Notes: generated by a model from the sequence alone, not told the origin. A DNA stretch of 64,000 nucleotides from Macrostomum lignano (GCA_002269645.1 NIVC01000260.1:679857-743856), one strand, 5' to 3'; positions 23,942 to 36,449 are shown, numbered from the stretch's first letter. Program-made: numbers and translations.

Positions 23942-24824
23942 GGTTGCTCTAGTAGGGGCTTGTATTTTTCTTCTCAACAGAGGGGTTCGCTATGTGGCTT
24001 GTTAACATTTGCTATTTGAGCTATGGACTGCATGGATGGGGCCAGTTTTTATGTTGTGGGTTGGCTGCCATGACAAAGCTGCTTAGAAAATAATTTATTA
24101 GCGGACAGAAAAACTCTTAAGAAGAATAATTAGCAGGTTTGCCGCCTCACCAATCTGTCCACTGACTGCTGCACAAGCGTCAGCTCAAACTGAGTTAAAA
24201 TTGAGCTGCTTGTGCCTTTTGGGTTTCTGCAATTCGCAACTTATTCTTGTAGGCAGGAGTGGGCCGGACGTCAGACCCAAACAGTTAAGCTCGATGCAGA
24301 GGAGAGGAGCCGCAGCGCTACGCTCGCAGACTAAAGTGATACCCATTGTAAGCCGTATGCCCAGGACAAGTAAATGCTCCTGCTCTGAGTTGGAGTAATT
24401 ATGCCCAGAGCTAAGCAACCTTTTGTATGAATAAATATTTATCTCAAACTTCGAGCAAGCTCTCAAGCAACCGAGGCAGACAGAGAATGGATATGAAAAT
24501 TCCTGTAACTTTTTTCAGGGTAAAAATAAGGAACGAAACCTCTCCCCCCTGTCCTCCCCTGTCCTCTCGAATAGACGACCTTCAAATGGAACACCGCCTC
24601 CAAGGCGAGCCATTGCCACCTCTATACTTTTCCAACAATGCGAACTCTCAGCCACTGCATCTTTTTTTGCTTGATGAGGCGCCTGCTATGAGTTTGCTCA
24701 AGTCTCACAGATTTTGTAGACGAGTCCATATCTTAGTTATACGTTCGTACAAGCAAGCGGTTGTGTCAATTTAAAAAAGATAAAATTCCAAGCGATAGGT
24801 AAATTACAGGAAACTTTACAACAG

Positions 24825-26130
24825 AAAAGCCATTTTTCCGCCCGTCGAACTACCAAGAGGGGGGGGGGGAATTCAAGAACACGGGCCAAATTTTTGTTGC
24901 GCACCTTCTCAAACATGAATCAAGTCATCAGCCCTCCGGACCGTCGAGATATTCGATGATTCTGCCAGAAGGTCGGATTTTTCCCATAAGTGCTAGTGTA
25001 TTCAGTACACCCCTGTGCGCCAATCAGCACTGCGCCTCAGTGCAGCCTTGCCAAGTCTCCAAATTTCATCAGCGCGTCGACCACATGTGTCTGCATCAGC
25101 TCTGACTTCGTTGGTCACTAGCCTTCACCCAGGTGGAGCTTCTGGACCCTCAACAGGTGGCACCAGGTGACTATGGACACCCTGATGCGGATTTCTCTAG
25201 TTTCGCCGATCAAGCCTCGACAGTGGGCAAGAATCAACCGCCAGACATTCTCAGCTAGTCTCTCAAGCATTCCGTCATCATCCCGACGCCGTCGGCTCCT
25301 TCAACAGATTACACCAGGTGACTATGGACAGCCCGATAAGTATTTCTCTAGTTTCGCTAATCAAGCCTCGACAGTGGGCAAGAATCAACCGCCAGACATT
25401 CTCAGCTAGTCTCTCAAGCATTCCGTCATCATCCCGACGTCGTCGGCTCCTTCAACAGATTACACCAGGTGACTATGGACAGCCCGATAAGTATTTCTCT
25501 AGTTTCGCTAATCAAGCCTCGACAGTGGGCAAGAATCAACCGCCAGACATTCTCAGCTAGTCTCTCAAGCATTCCGTCATCATCCCGACGTCGTCGGCTC
25601 CTTCAACAGATTACACCAGGTGACTATGGACAGCCCGATAAGTATTTCTCTAGTTTCGCTAATCAAGCCTCGACAGTGGGCAAGAATCAACCGCCAGACA
25701 TTCTCAGCTAGTCTCTCAAGCATTCCGTCATCATCCCGACGCCGTCGGCTCCTTCAACAGATTACACCAGGTGACTATGGACAGCCCGATAAGTATTTCT
25801 CTAGTTTCGCTAATCAAGCCTCGACAGTGGGCAAAAATCAACTGCTGGACATCCTCAGCTAGTCAGTCAAGCATTCAGCCATCACCCGGACGCCGTCGGC
25901 ACCTTCAACAGATTACACCAGGTGACTATGGACATCCTGTTGCAAATATGTCAGGTTTTTCTTATCAAGTTTCAATAATGGGCAAACCTCAACTGCTGGA
26001 CATCCTCAGCTAGTCAGTTAAGCATTTAGCCATCACCCCGACGTCGTCGGCACCTTCAACAGGTGGCACCAGGGGAGTAAGGACACCTGAGCGTGATTTT
26101 TCATCATGTTCTTAACATTTCTGAAGCTCT
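24825..26130 (+). mobile_element. Full-length non-autonomous element carrying six internal 151-bp tandem repeats
   Basis: Same 5' end (AAGCCATT.TTCCGCCCGTCGAACTACCAAG) and 3' end (GGACACCTGAGCGTGATTTTTCAT..CTTAACATTTCTGAAGCTC) as the 12.6-13.9 kb copies; period 151 bp from ~25164 to ~26065. Confidence 0.85.
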
Positions 26131-26649
26131 CAATTTTTTAAGCACGGACATTGCTATGGTTAAGCTTGAACTCATGTTGCTGTATGTTTATATTATTATT
26201 ACACATACTTTTATACATAAAATTATGCATATGCATCATTTAAAAAATGAAAAAACCGATTGAATTTACTGGCTTCTTAAAATAATGTGTGTGTTCGAAA
26301 GTCTTTCTGACTTGTGAGCAGAAGATAACAGGAATAAAAACTGTTATAGGGCACAAAGGTCATGGTACAATAAGTATTTTATGCTCTTTAATTGCCTACA
26401 CTATTCAATGTTTGTGCGTTGTGCTAAAATGTATTCATATGTTGTCTATGGCAAAAACTCACTGTTTCTTTTACATTCCTGCCCGGCAAATCGGATAGAA
26501 ATCCATAATCCTTAAGTCCATGTCTCCTCTAAGCCTCGATCTTGCCGATGCTGCTGATGCGATGCTGTTGATAATCAGAGTCTGATAAGGTTTGCTGATG
26601 AGGCATTACAATTTGCTGCATCGCTTGCTGCATCGGCAGTTGGGAAAGC

Positions 26650-26860
26650 GACTGAACTCTCATCAGGACAGGCTGAAACCCCTGAACTCTCATTAAGACA
26701 ATCTTGAAGTTCTGGGACTCTCATTAGGACAAACTGAAGCCACTGAAGTCTCATTAGGACAATCTGAAGCTCCTGAATTCTTATTAAGACAATCTGAAGT
26801 TCCTGAACTATTAGTAGGACAATCTGAAGCCCCTGAACTCTCATTCGGACTGGCGAACTG
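26650..26860 (+). repeat. Degenerate 30-bp minisatellite (CTGAACTCTCATTAGGACAATCTGAAGCCC) x~7
   Basis: Direct reading. Confidence 0.8.
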
Positions 26861-27363
26861 AAATGATCTTTAAAAAAACAATTTCGATAGTTTATATTAA
26901 TAAAAATATCAACTTGCATAAGACAGACAAACCTCAGAACTTCAAAGGCTAAATAGCTATACATACTTTACTAGCAGGCATTTATAATTTTATTTTAGCA
27001 AAGCGACTATTGCATCCTGTTTGTAATGTAGAGACAGAGAGAAGTACATTTTATGATGGCATCGGATATGATAGATAGAATGTATAATTTACACACAAGA
27101 TGGCAATCAGGTAACAGAAATGTTGCTGAATTATTTATTTAAAAATTAAAGCGCTTGCGGACATTAATATTCTACTGCAGTCTCTGATACACAGTCACAA
27201 AAATCATACACTCGGCGCGCTACTTGCAGTAATACGAGTAACTACTAGCAAAAAACACTGGTGCAATTATCAGATTAATTCATACACACTCAGTGCTTTT
27301 GCAAGTTATAAAACAATAAGGCCAAATATTAATTACAGTAACCTGCGAAGTTAAAACAACATT

Positions 27364-27691
27364 TACTAGAATACAGATAACTAGATGGGCCACTCTGGCA
27401 TATAAGACTTAGCAAAACAGCTCTCTGCTTTCAGTTCAGTAGCAAATAAGAATACATAAGCAATTTTATAAAAATAAAGGCAGGTAATAAAGTACCGAGG
27501 AAGGTAATAAAAAATGGGTAGTGGGGCAGGGGTGGACGTTCTGTGGGGAGTTTGAGGGTTTAAGCTGGGAGGAGAGCCAATAAATGAGCATTGGCTTTAA
27601 AAATACATTAAAATGCTTCAGTTAAACTTACTACTGAACTGAAAGTAGCTTACACGCAAATGTGCTGAGTGGCCCATCTAGTTATTCTAGT
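27364..27691. mobile_element. MITE-like element with terminal and subterminal inverted repeats
   Basis: ACTAGAATA..ATAACTAGATGGGCCCACTC at left vs GAGTGGCCCATCTAGTTATTCTAGT at right; an inner pair TTTCAGTTCAGTAG / CTACTGAACTGAAA. Confidence 0.7.
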
Positions 27692-27924
27692 TTCTGTGGC
27701 TAATGCTGAACACATCAAAATCAGAACACAAAGTCTGGAAAGCACATCTGGCTCTGATTTCTAGGGGGACCCTTTGGCCCCCTGCCTGCCTACACCCAGG
27801 ACTGGCAAACGCCCTGCCAATCAGGCCAGCAAATGAAAAACTACTGATTCATGAACGGAAGACGAAATGAAAGACAAAAGTTATATGAGTTTAGTTTAAA
27901 TTGAATACATGCGAGAGCACAAAC

Positions 27925-27979
<55 letters not shown>

Positions 27980-28038
27980 GGCAGACGGACAGACAGTCGG
28001 ACAGACAGACAGACAGGCAGACAGACGGACAGACAACC

Positions 28039-28070
<32 letters not shown>

Positions 28071-28336
28071 GGACAGACAGACGGACAGAAAGACGGACAG
28101 ACAGACAGACACTAAGACAGACAGACAGACGGACAGACGGACAGAAAGACGGACAGACAGACAGACACTAAGACAGACAGACAGACGGACAGACAGTCGG
28201 ACAGACAGACAGACAGGCAGACAGACGGACAGACAACCAGACAGACAGACAGACAGATAGACATACACACAGACAGACAGACAGACAGACAGACATACAC
28301 ACAGACAGACAGACAGACAAATAGACAGACATACAC

Positions 28337-28391
<55 letters not shown>

Positions 28392-28498
28392 CACAGACAG
28401 ACAGACAGTCACTAAGACAGACAGACAGACAGACAGACAGACATACACACAGACAGACAGACAGACAGATAGACAGACATACACACAGACAGACAGAC

Positions 28499-28561
<63 letters not shown>

Positions 28562-28606
28562 CACACACAGACAGACAGACACACACACAGACAGACAGAT
28601 AGACAC
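27925..28606 (+). repeat. (GACA)n compound microsatellite with higher-order duplications
   Basis: Direct reading. Confidence 0.97.
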
Positions 28607-28821
28607 AGCTCACTCACTTGCCTGTGGGGGGGGGGGGGGTAACTGGCCGGAAGCAGGCACAGCAATACTAAATTTTTCGAAAATTTCTCCAAAATGTGGA
28701 ATATTTCCGGACAGTTATTTAAATCGGGCGCAGCAACAAAAAGCAAACGAAACAAAAGTAAAAAAACAAGTTGTTACTAGTAACTCTTAGAAATTCATAG
28801 AAAAGCACGCCAAGCGGCAGC

Positions 28822-29226
28822 TCACGGGTCAAGCGGCAGACTGTCCGGTTCGATGCTGATAACGCTAGCAAACGGCTCGCCAACCGGAATCCGTTTAGTA
28901 AAATAATATTTCTCAGAGAAGCCCTCAGTGAGCTCTGGATAGTAGCGATAGTTGACCATCATGCCGCAGGACTGGCTCAGCCCGTTCGGACTCTGATCGG
29001 CCTGCCAGCACAGGCGGTACATCACCGCACCGTTGCGGAGGTGAAAATTAGCGATAGGATCCAATGCGTGGCCCCGGTGCTTCAGCGCGAATAGGTAGCG
29101 AGCGCACAGCTTCATCAGGGGCTGCTTCAGCTCCGAGACTAGCACTGGGGAGGTGATCCACTCTTGCGACTCCAGCGTCATTGACAGCTTGGTGTACAGG
29201 TCTTTGTTGTTGTCTACGTCGAATAG
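28822..29226 (-). CDS. MLYCD: Malonyl-CoA decarboxylase, last exon
   Basis: LMKLCARYL..KHRGHALDPIANFHLRNGA..WQAD.S..G..QSCGMMVNYRY matches the MCD catalytic C-terminus; acceptor CTCAG| at 29227. Confidence 0.95.
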   Translation of the reverse strand, partial: LFDVDNNKDLYTKLSMTLESQEWITSPVLVSELKQPLMKLCARYLFALKHRGHALDPIANFHLRNGAVMYRLCWQADQSPNGLSQSCGMMVNYRYYPELTEGFSEKYYFTKRIPVGEPFASVISIEPDSLPLDP

Positions 29227-29254
29227 CTGAGGTTTACAGGGGTGGGTAGACATG

Positions 29255-29835
29255 GGTTATCTAGGTAGATAGACGGATTATCCAGGTAGATAGACATGGA
29301 CTATCCAGGTGGATGGACGTGGATTACTTAGGTAGATAGACGGATTATCCAGGTAGATAGACATGGATTATCTAGGTGGATGGACGTGGATTATTCAGGT
29401 AGATACATGTGGATTATCTAGATAAATAGATGTGGCTAATCGAAGCAGATAGACGTGATTATCCAGGTGAATAGACGTGGATTATCCAGGTAGATAGACG
29501 TGGATTATCCATGTGAATAGACGTGGATTATCCAGGTAGATAGACGTGGATTATCCAGGTAAATAGACGTGAATTATCCATGTGAATAGACGTGGATTAT
29601 CCAGGTAGATAGACGTGGATTATCCAGGTAAATAGACGTGAATTATCCATGTGAATAGACGTGGATTATCCAGGTAGATAGACGTGGATTATCCAGGTAA
29701 ATAGACGTGAATTATCCATGTGAATAGACGTGGATTATCCAGGTAGATAGACGTGGATTATCCAGGTAGATAGACGTGAATTATCCATGTGAATAGACGT
29801 GGATTATCCAGGTAGATAGACGTGGATTATCCGGG
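29255..29835 (+). repeat. Intronic 23-bp minisatellite (GTGGATTATCCAGGTAGATAGAC)
   Basis: Direct reading; fills most of the MLYCD last intron. Confidence 0.93.
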
Positions 29836-29884
29836 GGAGCAGAAGTAGATAATCCAAAGATGACGAGAACGGAAAGCCGCCAAC

Positions 29885-30169
29885 CTGCATCATCTTGACG
29901 TGAGTCTCGTCAGAGAACAACGGCAGCAGGTCGGAGCTCTCAGGTCGAACATCGTCGAGAATTCTGGCGAACACCTCGTGCTGCAGGTGGCGATTGATCT
30001 GGCCAAACAGCCAGTTGTTGAAGCCGGGGATGGGGGACAGAGAGGAGAAGTGCTGCAGCTTGGGGTACTCGGCCTGCAGACGGTGCATGACCCGGCGGAC
30101 AATGTTGCTGCCGAGGTCGATGCCGCTCAAGCCGTCAATGGGCCGGCTGATTGAGTAGAAGTTTGCCAC
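29885..30169 (-). CDS. MLYCD: Malonyl-CoA decarboxylase exon (95 codons)
   Basis: VANFYSIS..GLSGIDLG..IVRRV..LQAEYPKLQHFSSLSPIPGF matches the MCD signature; phase 0 splice sites at both ends. Confidence 0.95.
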
Positions 30170-30204
30170 CTGCGAGAGTAGGGCATGGATGGGCAGAGTA
30201 TTGT

Positions 30205-31750
30205 CACTGATCTGTTCCCTCAAAATCATTCATCTTGTTTCTTCAAAATCATCCATCTGGTTCCCTCAAAATCATTCATCTGGTTCCCTCAAAATCATCC
30301 ATCTGGTTCCCTCAAAATCATCCATCTTGTTGCCTCAAAATCATCCATCTTGTTCCCTTAAAATCATCCATCTTGTTCCCTCAAAATCATCCATCTTGTT
30401 CCCTCAAAATCATCCATCTGTTGCCTCAAAATCATCCATCTGTTGCCTCAAAATCATCCATCTTGTTACCTCAAAATCATCCATCTGTTGCCTCAAAATC
30501 ATCCATCTTGTTCCCTTAAAATCATCCATCTTGTTCCCTCAAAATCATCCATCTTGTTCCCTCAAAATCATCCATCTGTTGCCTCAAAATCATCCATCTG
30601 TTGCCTCAAAATCATCCATCTTGTTACCTCAAAATCATCCATCTTGTTGCCTCAAAATCATCCATCTTGTTCCCTAAAAATCATCCATCTTGTTCCCTCA
30701 AAATCATCCATCTTGTTCCCTCAAAATCATCCATCTGTTGCCTCAAAATCATCCATCTTGTTCCCTAAAAATCATCCATCTTGTTCCCTCAAAATCATCC
30801 ATCTTGTTCCCTCAAAATCATCCATCTGTTGCCTCAAAATCATCCATCTTGTTCCCTTAAAATCATCCATCTTGTTCCCTCAAAATCATCCATCTTGTTC
30901 CCTCAAAATCATCCATCTGTTGCCTCAAAATCATCCATCTGTTGCCTCAAAATCATCCATCTTGTTACCTCAAAATCATCCATCTTGTTCCCTCAAAATC
31001 ATCCATCTTGTTCCCTAAAAATCATCCATCTTGTTCCTTCAAAATCACCCATCTTGTTCCTTCAAAATCATCCATCTTGTTCCCTCAAAATCACCCATCT
31101 TGTTCCCTCAAAATCATCCATCTTGTTCCCTCAAAATCATCCATCTTGTTCCCTCAAAATCATCCATCTTGTAGCCTCAAAATCATCCATCTTGTTCCCT
31201 CAAAATCATCAATCTTGTTCCCTAAAAATCATCCATCTTGTTCCCTCAAAATCATCCATCTTGTTCCCTCAAAATCATCCATCTTGTTCCTTCAAAATCA
31301 CCCATCTTGTTCCTTCAAAATCATCCATCTTGTTCCCTCAAAATCACCCATCTTGTTCCCTCAAAATCATCCATCTTGTTCCCTCAAAATCATCCATCTT
31401 GTTCCCTCAAAATCATCCATCTTATTCCCTCAAAATCATCCATCTTGTTGCCTCAAAATCATCCATCTTGTTGCCTCAAAATCATCCATCTTGTTGCCTC
31501 AAAATCATCCATCTTGTTCCCTCAAAATCATCTATCTTGTTCCCTCAAAATCACCCATCTTGTTCCCTCAAAATCATCCATCTTGTTCCCTAAAAATCAT
31601 CCATCTTATTCCCTCAAAATCATCCATCTTGTTGCCTCAAAATCATCCATCTTGTTGCCTCAAAATCATCCATCTTGTTGCCTCAAAATCATCCATCTTG
31701 TTCCCTCAAAATCATCTATCTTGTTCCCTCAAAATCATCCATCTTGTTCC
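30205..31750 (+). repeat. Intronic 23-bp satellite (CCCTCAAAATCATCCATCTTGTT), left arm
   Basis: Direct reading; the many ORFs here are repeat artefacts. Confidence 0.97.
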
Positions 31751-32614
31751 TGTAGAGTGTTCTACCTCCCGTTAAAAAAGGAAAAAAGAAGATAATCGTA
31801 TAATACTACTATAAGTAAGTAAGTACACGCATGTGCGCCTAAGCTTTGAATGAATCACGCTACCAGAAAAAGATGTTACCAGAATAATACGCCATGAGCC
31901 ATTTTCCCCTTTTAGCGCAACACGTGAATTGTCATGATACTATTTTGGATCAAAAACTTGTCTATAAATACAAGCGATCTGAAGCGGTACCGGAGCCATT
32001 CTCCCCACGGAAGAGGAGCGCTCCGAAGAGGAAGCCTTAGGAGGACTTCCTGATCTACCAAGTCAATCGAGACTCGGTCGAGTTGTTGCGGTAAGCCTTC
32101 CTTATTTGCGCCCGTTGTGTTAGAGACGTCTCGCTCAAGTCTATTGAGACTTGAGTCTAATTGAGTCTGTTGAGACTCTTGAGTCTGTTTAGACTCCATT
32201 GGTTGCAGTCTCCAGAAGGACTGCCCCTGATAGATCTTAGAGGACTATCAGTGGTTTCCGGAGCTATACCTAGAGTGCATAGAGGCACTGCTAGAAGAAG
32301 GAGGCTTAATTTAGACCGCAGTTTGGCGCAGGGTACCCATTGTTGCTACGAGGCCTCTGATTGGTCCTGACGGAAGATACCGGCCGGAAGAACTTATCGG
32401 AAGTACAAGAGGAACCAGGACCAGAGCAACTGAAGAATCAAGGCGCCTGATCTACGAGATCTACTGACAAGTTCCTAGCGAGAACTACTCAAGAAATTCA
32501 AATCCGGATTAAAGGTAATTGAATACCTTCGTTTGACTTACTGGGTTGCCTAGCTGTTGAGCTAGAAGTGATTGTTCCTTGATTATCGAAAGTCGGGTAA
32601 TAAGGAACACATCA
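31751..32614. mobile_element. Solo LTR (864 bp) inserted in the satellite
   Basis: Begins TGTAG and ends CATCA; flanked by a 5-bp target-site duplication GTTCC (31746-31750 and 32615-32619); TATAAATA near 31962. Confidence 0.85.
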
Positions 32615-34575
32615 GTTCCCTCAAAATCATCTATCTTGTTCCCTCAAAATCATCCATCTTGTTCCCTCAAAATCATCCATCTTGTTCCCTCAAAATCATC
32701 CATCTGTTGCCTCAAAATCATCCATCTGTTGCCTCAAAATCATCCATCTTGTTCCCTCAAAATCATCCATCTTGTTGCCTCAAAATCATCCATCTTGTTC
32801 CCTCAAAATCATCCATCTTGTTCCCAAAAATCATCCATCTTGTTGCCTCAAAATCATCCATCTTGTTCCCTCAAAATCATCCATCTTGTTCCCTCAAAAT
32901 CACCCATCTTGTTCCCTCAAAATCATCCATCTTGTTCCCTCAAAATCACCCATCTTGTTCCCTAAAAATCATCCATCTTGTTCCCTCAAAATCATCTATC
33001 TTGTTACCTCAAAATCATCCATCTTGTTGCCTCAAAATCATCCATCTTGTTCCCTCAAAATCATCCATCTTGTTCCCTCAAAATCATCCATCTTGTTCCC
33101 TCAAAATCATCCATCTTGTTGCCTCAAAATCATCCATCTTGTTCCCTCAAAATCATCCATCTGTTGCCTCAAAATCATCCATCTGTTGCCTCAAAATCAT
33201 CCATCTGTTCCCTCAAAATCATCCATCTGTTGCCTCAAAATCATCCATCTTGTTACCTCAAAATCATCCATCTTGTTCCCTCAAAATCATCCATCTTGTT
33301 CCCTAAAAATCATCCATCTTGTTCCCTCAAAATCATCCATCTTGTTCCCTAAAAATCATCCATCTTGTTGCCTCAAAATCATCCATCTTGTTCCCTCAAA
33401 ATCATCTATCTTGTTCCCTCAAAATCATCCATCTTGTTCCCTCAAAATCATCCATCTTGTTCCCTAAAAATCATCCATCTTGTTCCCTAAAAATCATCCA
33501 TCTTATTCCCTCAAAATCATCCATCTTATTCCCTCAAAATCATCCATCTTATTCCCTCAAAATCATCCATCATTTCCTCAAAATCATCCATCTTATTCCC
33601 TCGAAATCATCCATCTTGTTGCCTCAAAATCATCCATCTTGTTGCCTCAAAATCATCCATCTTGTTCCCTCAAAATCATCTATCTTGTTCCCTCAAAATC
33701 ATCCATCTTGTTCCCTCAAAATCATCCATCTTGTTCCCTAAAAATCATCCATCTTGTTGCCTCAAAATCATCCATCTTGTTCCCTCAAAATCATCTATCT
33801 TGTTCCCTCAAAATCATCCATCTTGTTCCCTAAAAATCATCCATCTTGTTGCCTCAAAATCATCCATCTTGTTCCCTCAAAATCATCTATCTTGTTCCCT
33901 CAAAATCATCCATCTTGTTCCCTCAAAATCATCCATCTTGTTCCCTAAAAATCATCCATCTTGTTGCCTCAAAATCATCCATCTTGTTCCCTCAAAATCA
34001 TCTATCTTGTTCCCTCAAAATCATCCATCTTGTTCCCTAAAAATCATCCATCTTGTTGCCTCAAAATCATCCATCTTGTTCCCTCAAAATCATCTATCTT
34101 GTTCCCTCAAAATCATCCATCTTGTTCCCTCAAAATCATCCATCTTGTTCCCTCAAAATCATCCATCTTGTTCCCTCAAAATCATCCATCTTGTTCCCTC
34201 AAAATCATCCATCTTGTTCCCTCAAAATCATCCATCTTGTTCCCTCAAAATCATCCATCTTGTTCCCTCAAAATCATCCATCTTGTTCCCTCAAAATCAT
34301 CCATCTTGTTCCCTCAAAATCATCCATCTTGTAGCCTCAAAATCATCCATCTTGTTCCCTCAAAATCATCCATCTTGTTACCTCAAAATCATCCATCTTG
34401 TAGCCTCAAAATCATCCATCTTGTTCCCTCAAAATCATCCATCTTGTTCCCTCAAAATCATCCATCTTGTTCCCTCAAAATCATCCATCTTATTCCCTCA
34501 AAATCATCCATCTTGTTCCCTCAAAATCATCCATCTTATTCCCTCAAAATCATCCATCTGTTGCCTCAAAATCAC
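32615..34575 (+). repeat. Intronic 23-bp satellite, right arm
   Basis: Direct reading. Confidence 0.97.
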
Positions 34576-34593
34576 TTTCCAGAAAGTGCAAAC

Positions 34594-34821
34594 CTTAACC
34601 CTGGCGGGATCCTCCACACTATCAGGCATGTGCTCAAACAGTGCTGGCACAATTTTCTCCATGGTGTCGGCCACATTCTCCAGCAGTGCGGCGTGAAGAA
34701 TGACCAGCGGTTCGCCGGGCAGGCAGGGATGCGTGAACACGAAGCAGCGTTTGTAGGCGCCAACACGACGTTTGAGATCCTGCCAGCCAAGGATCGGGTG
34801 GACAGCCTCGCTAGCGGCCAC
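34594..34821 (-). CDS. MLYCD: Malonyl-CoA decarboxylase exon (76 codons)
   Basis: SEAVHPILGWQDLKRRVGAYKRCFVFTHPCLPGEPLVILHAAL matches MCD EAVH..W.D.KRR.G..RRC..F.H...P.EPL. Confidence 0.95.
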
Positions 34822-34934
34822 CTGACAGCGAGGTTAGGGTAGGGAATTCAATCGTGCTTAGTAAGTGATTATCTACTAATAAGTAGCAAGGAAGGAATCT
34901 GAAGCGAATCCTTCAAAAATCATTTATTTTCACA

Positions 34935-35120
34935 TCTCACTCCCCAATGTCTCTCATCTCACTTCCCAAAAATCTCAAATCTCATTTTCTGAAAATCTCC
35001 CATCTCACTCGCCAAAAATCTCTCTTATCTCACTCCTCAAAAATCTTCCATCTCACTCTCCAAAAATCTCCCATCTCACTCTCCAAAAATCTCCCATCTT
35101 CAACATTAATTTTAGCGCCA
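34935..35120 (+). repeat. Intronic degenerate ~23-bp repeat (ATCTCACTC..CAAAAATCTCCC)
   Basis: Direct reading; same family as 35625-36195. Confidence 0.75.
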
Positions 35121-35228
35121 AAGTTTAAATTATAAAAAACCTACTGTACATTTTGCGATGCCTACTAAAATAGCCTACCGATATGTAGTGCATAGAAGAA
35201 AATTCTAGAAGAACATAGAAAAATTCAC

Positions 35229-35519
35229 CTTCTCCAACAGCCTACTCGGCGACTCCCAGGTAGCCCGTTGCAGGTGAAACAGACCCGAGCTGAACCACAC
35301 AGACAGCAGCTGTTTGAGCTCGTGGTCGATCACTGGGACAACAGCTGGAGTAGCTTCTACAGTAGATTTGCCAGTGAGTTTGCTCAGATCAGTGCGCATA
35401 TTAACCATGAACTTCACTCCACCTTGGGCTTTGCCGAGCACGCGAAACAGCCCGGCAAACTGCGGCTGGGTGATGTGGCGCAGATTCTGCAGGCGTTGAA
35501 TGCTCTCCACAGGATTTGA
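35229..35519 (-). CDS. MLYCD: Malonyl-CoA decarboxylase exon (97 codons)
   Basis: PQFAGLF..GGVKFMVNMRTDL...LKQLLSVWFSSGLFHLQRATWESPSRLLEK matches the MCD N-terminal helical domain. Confidence 0.95.
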
Positions 35520-35624
35520 CTGCGGGCAAGATGAAAATACGAGTATAATTGGCTGAGATTTAAGTCGATGCGTCATCATACACGCTATAAACTCAGTAAA
35601 TAACCCTTACTCTGTCCGCTTCAC

Positions 35625-36195
35625 AGAAATCTCTCATCTCACTCCCCAAAATCTCTGATCTCACTCCCAAAAAATCTCTTATCTCACCCCCAAATCTCTC
35701 ATCCCACTACCCAAAAATATCTCATCACACTCCCAAAAAAATCTCATCTCACCCCAAATCTCTCATCTCACAACCCCAAAAATATCTCATCTCACCCCCA
35801 AATCTCTCATCCCACTACCCAAAAATATCTCATCTCACTCCCCAAAAATATCTCATCTCACCCCCAAATCTCTCATCTCACAACCCAAAAAATATCTCAT
35901 CTCACCCCCAAATCTCTCATCTCACTCCCTCCAAAAAATCTCTCTTCTCACTCCCCAAAAATCTCCCACATCTCACTCTCCAAAAATCTCTAATCTCACT
36001 CCCTAAAAGATTTCCTATATCACCCCCGAAACCTCTCATCTCACTCCTTAGAAATTTCCCACATCTCAATCCCCAAAAATATTCCATCTCACTCCCCAAA
36101 AATGTCCCACATCTCACTCCCCTAAAATCTCTCATCTCACTCCCCTAAAATCTCTCATCTCACTCCCCAAAAATCTCTCATCTCACTACCCAAAA
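35625..36195 (+). repeat. Intronic 23-bp minisatellite (TCTCTCATCTCACTCCCCAAAAA)
   Basis: Direct reading. Confidence 0.9.
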
Positions 36196-36248
36196 ATGAC
36201 ACATGACACGCGTTGGGGCGTTATAAACCCAATAAATAAGCATCTTAC

Positions 36249-36377
36249 CCTGTCCAATGTAATGCCGATTTTGGTTGTCTCCGCAACGCCATGATCTGAC
36301 ACCAGCATGTTGAAGAATGTCTCCTTCTCAGCCAGACTGAGCTGCTTGTACGAGTCGCAAATTCTTTCGGCTATGCT
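36249..36377 (-). CDS. MLYCD: Malonyl-CoA decarboxylase exon (43 codons, SIAERICDSY..LVSDHGV)
   Basis: Acceptor CCGCAG|AGC and donor AGG|GTAAGA, phase 0; corresponds to the MCD segment ending in the (F/H)GVD turn. Confidence 0.8.
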
Positions 36378-36449
36378 CTGCGGAGTGAGGAACAAAGGAA
36401 ACCAGCATAGACAATGCACACGTACAGGGGGCTCCCTGTTGGGGAGGGG

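Noticed and set aside
25164-26065. CRISPR-like regular array (151-bp period)
   Set aside because: The whole unit repeats with no unique spacers; there are no cas genes and the context is eukaryotic.
27891-28755. VCLS/RQTD repeat ORFs (also 3849-4147)
   Set aside because: (GACA)n microsatellite translations.
30189-34842. Numerous long ORFs (PQNHPSCSLKIIHLVPSKSSILF repeats)
   Set aside because: Translations of a stop-free 23-bp intronic satellite.
28822-36377. Horizontally acquired (bacterial) malonyl-CoA decarboxylase
   Set aside because: It has canonical spliceosomal introns and animal-type MCD motifs throughout.
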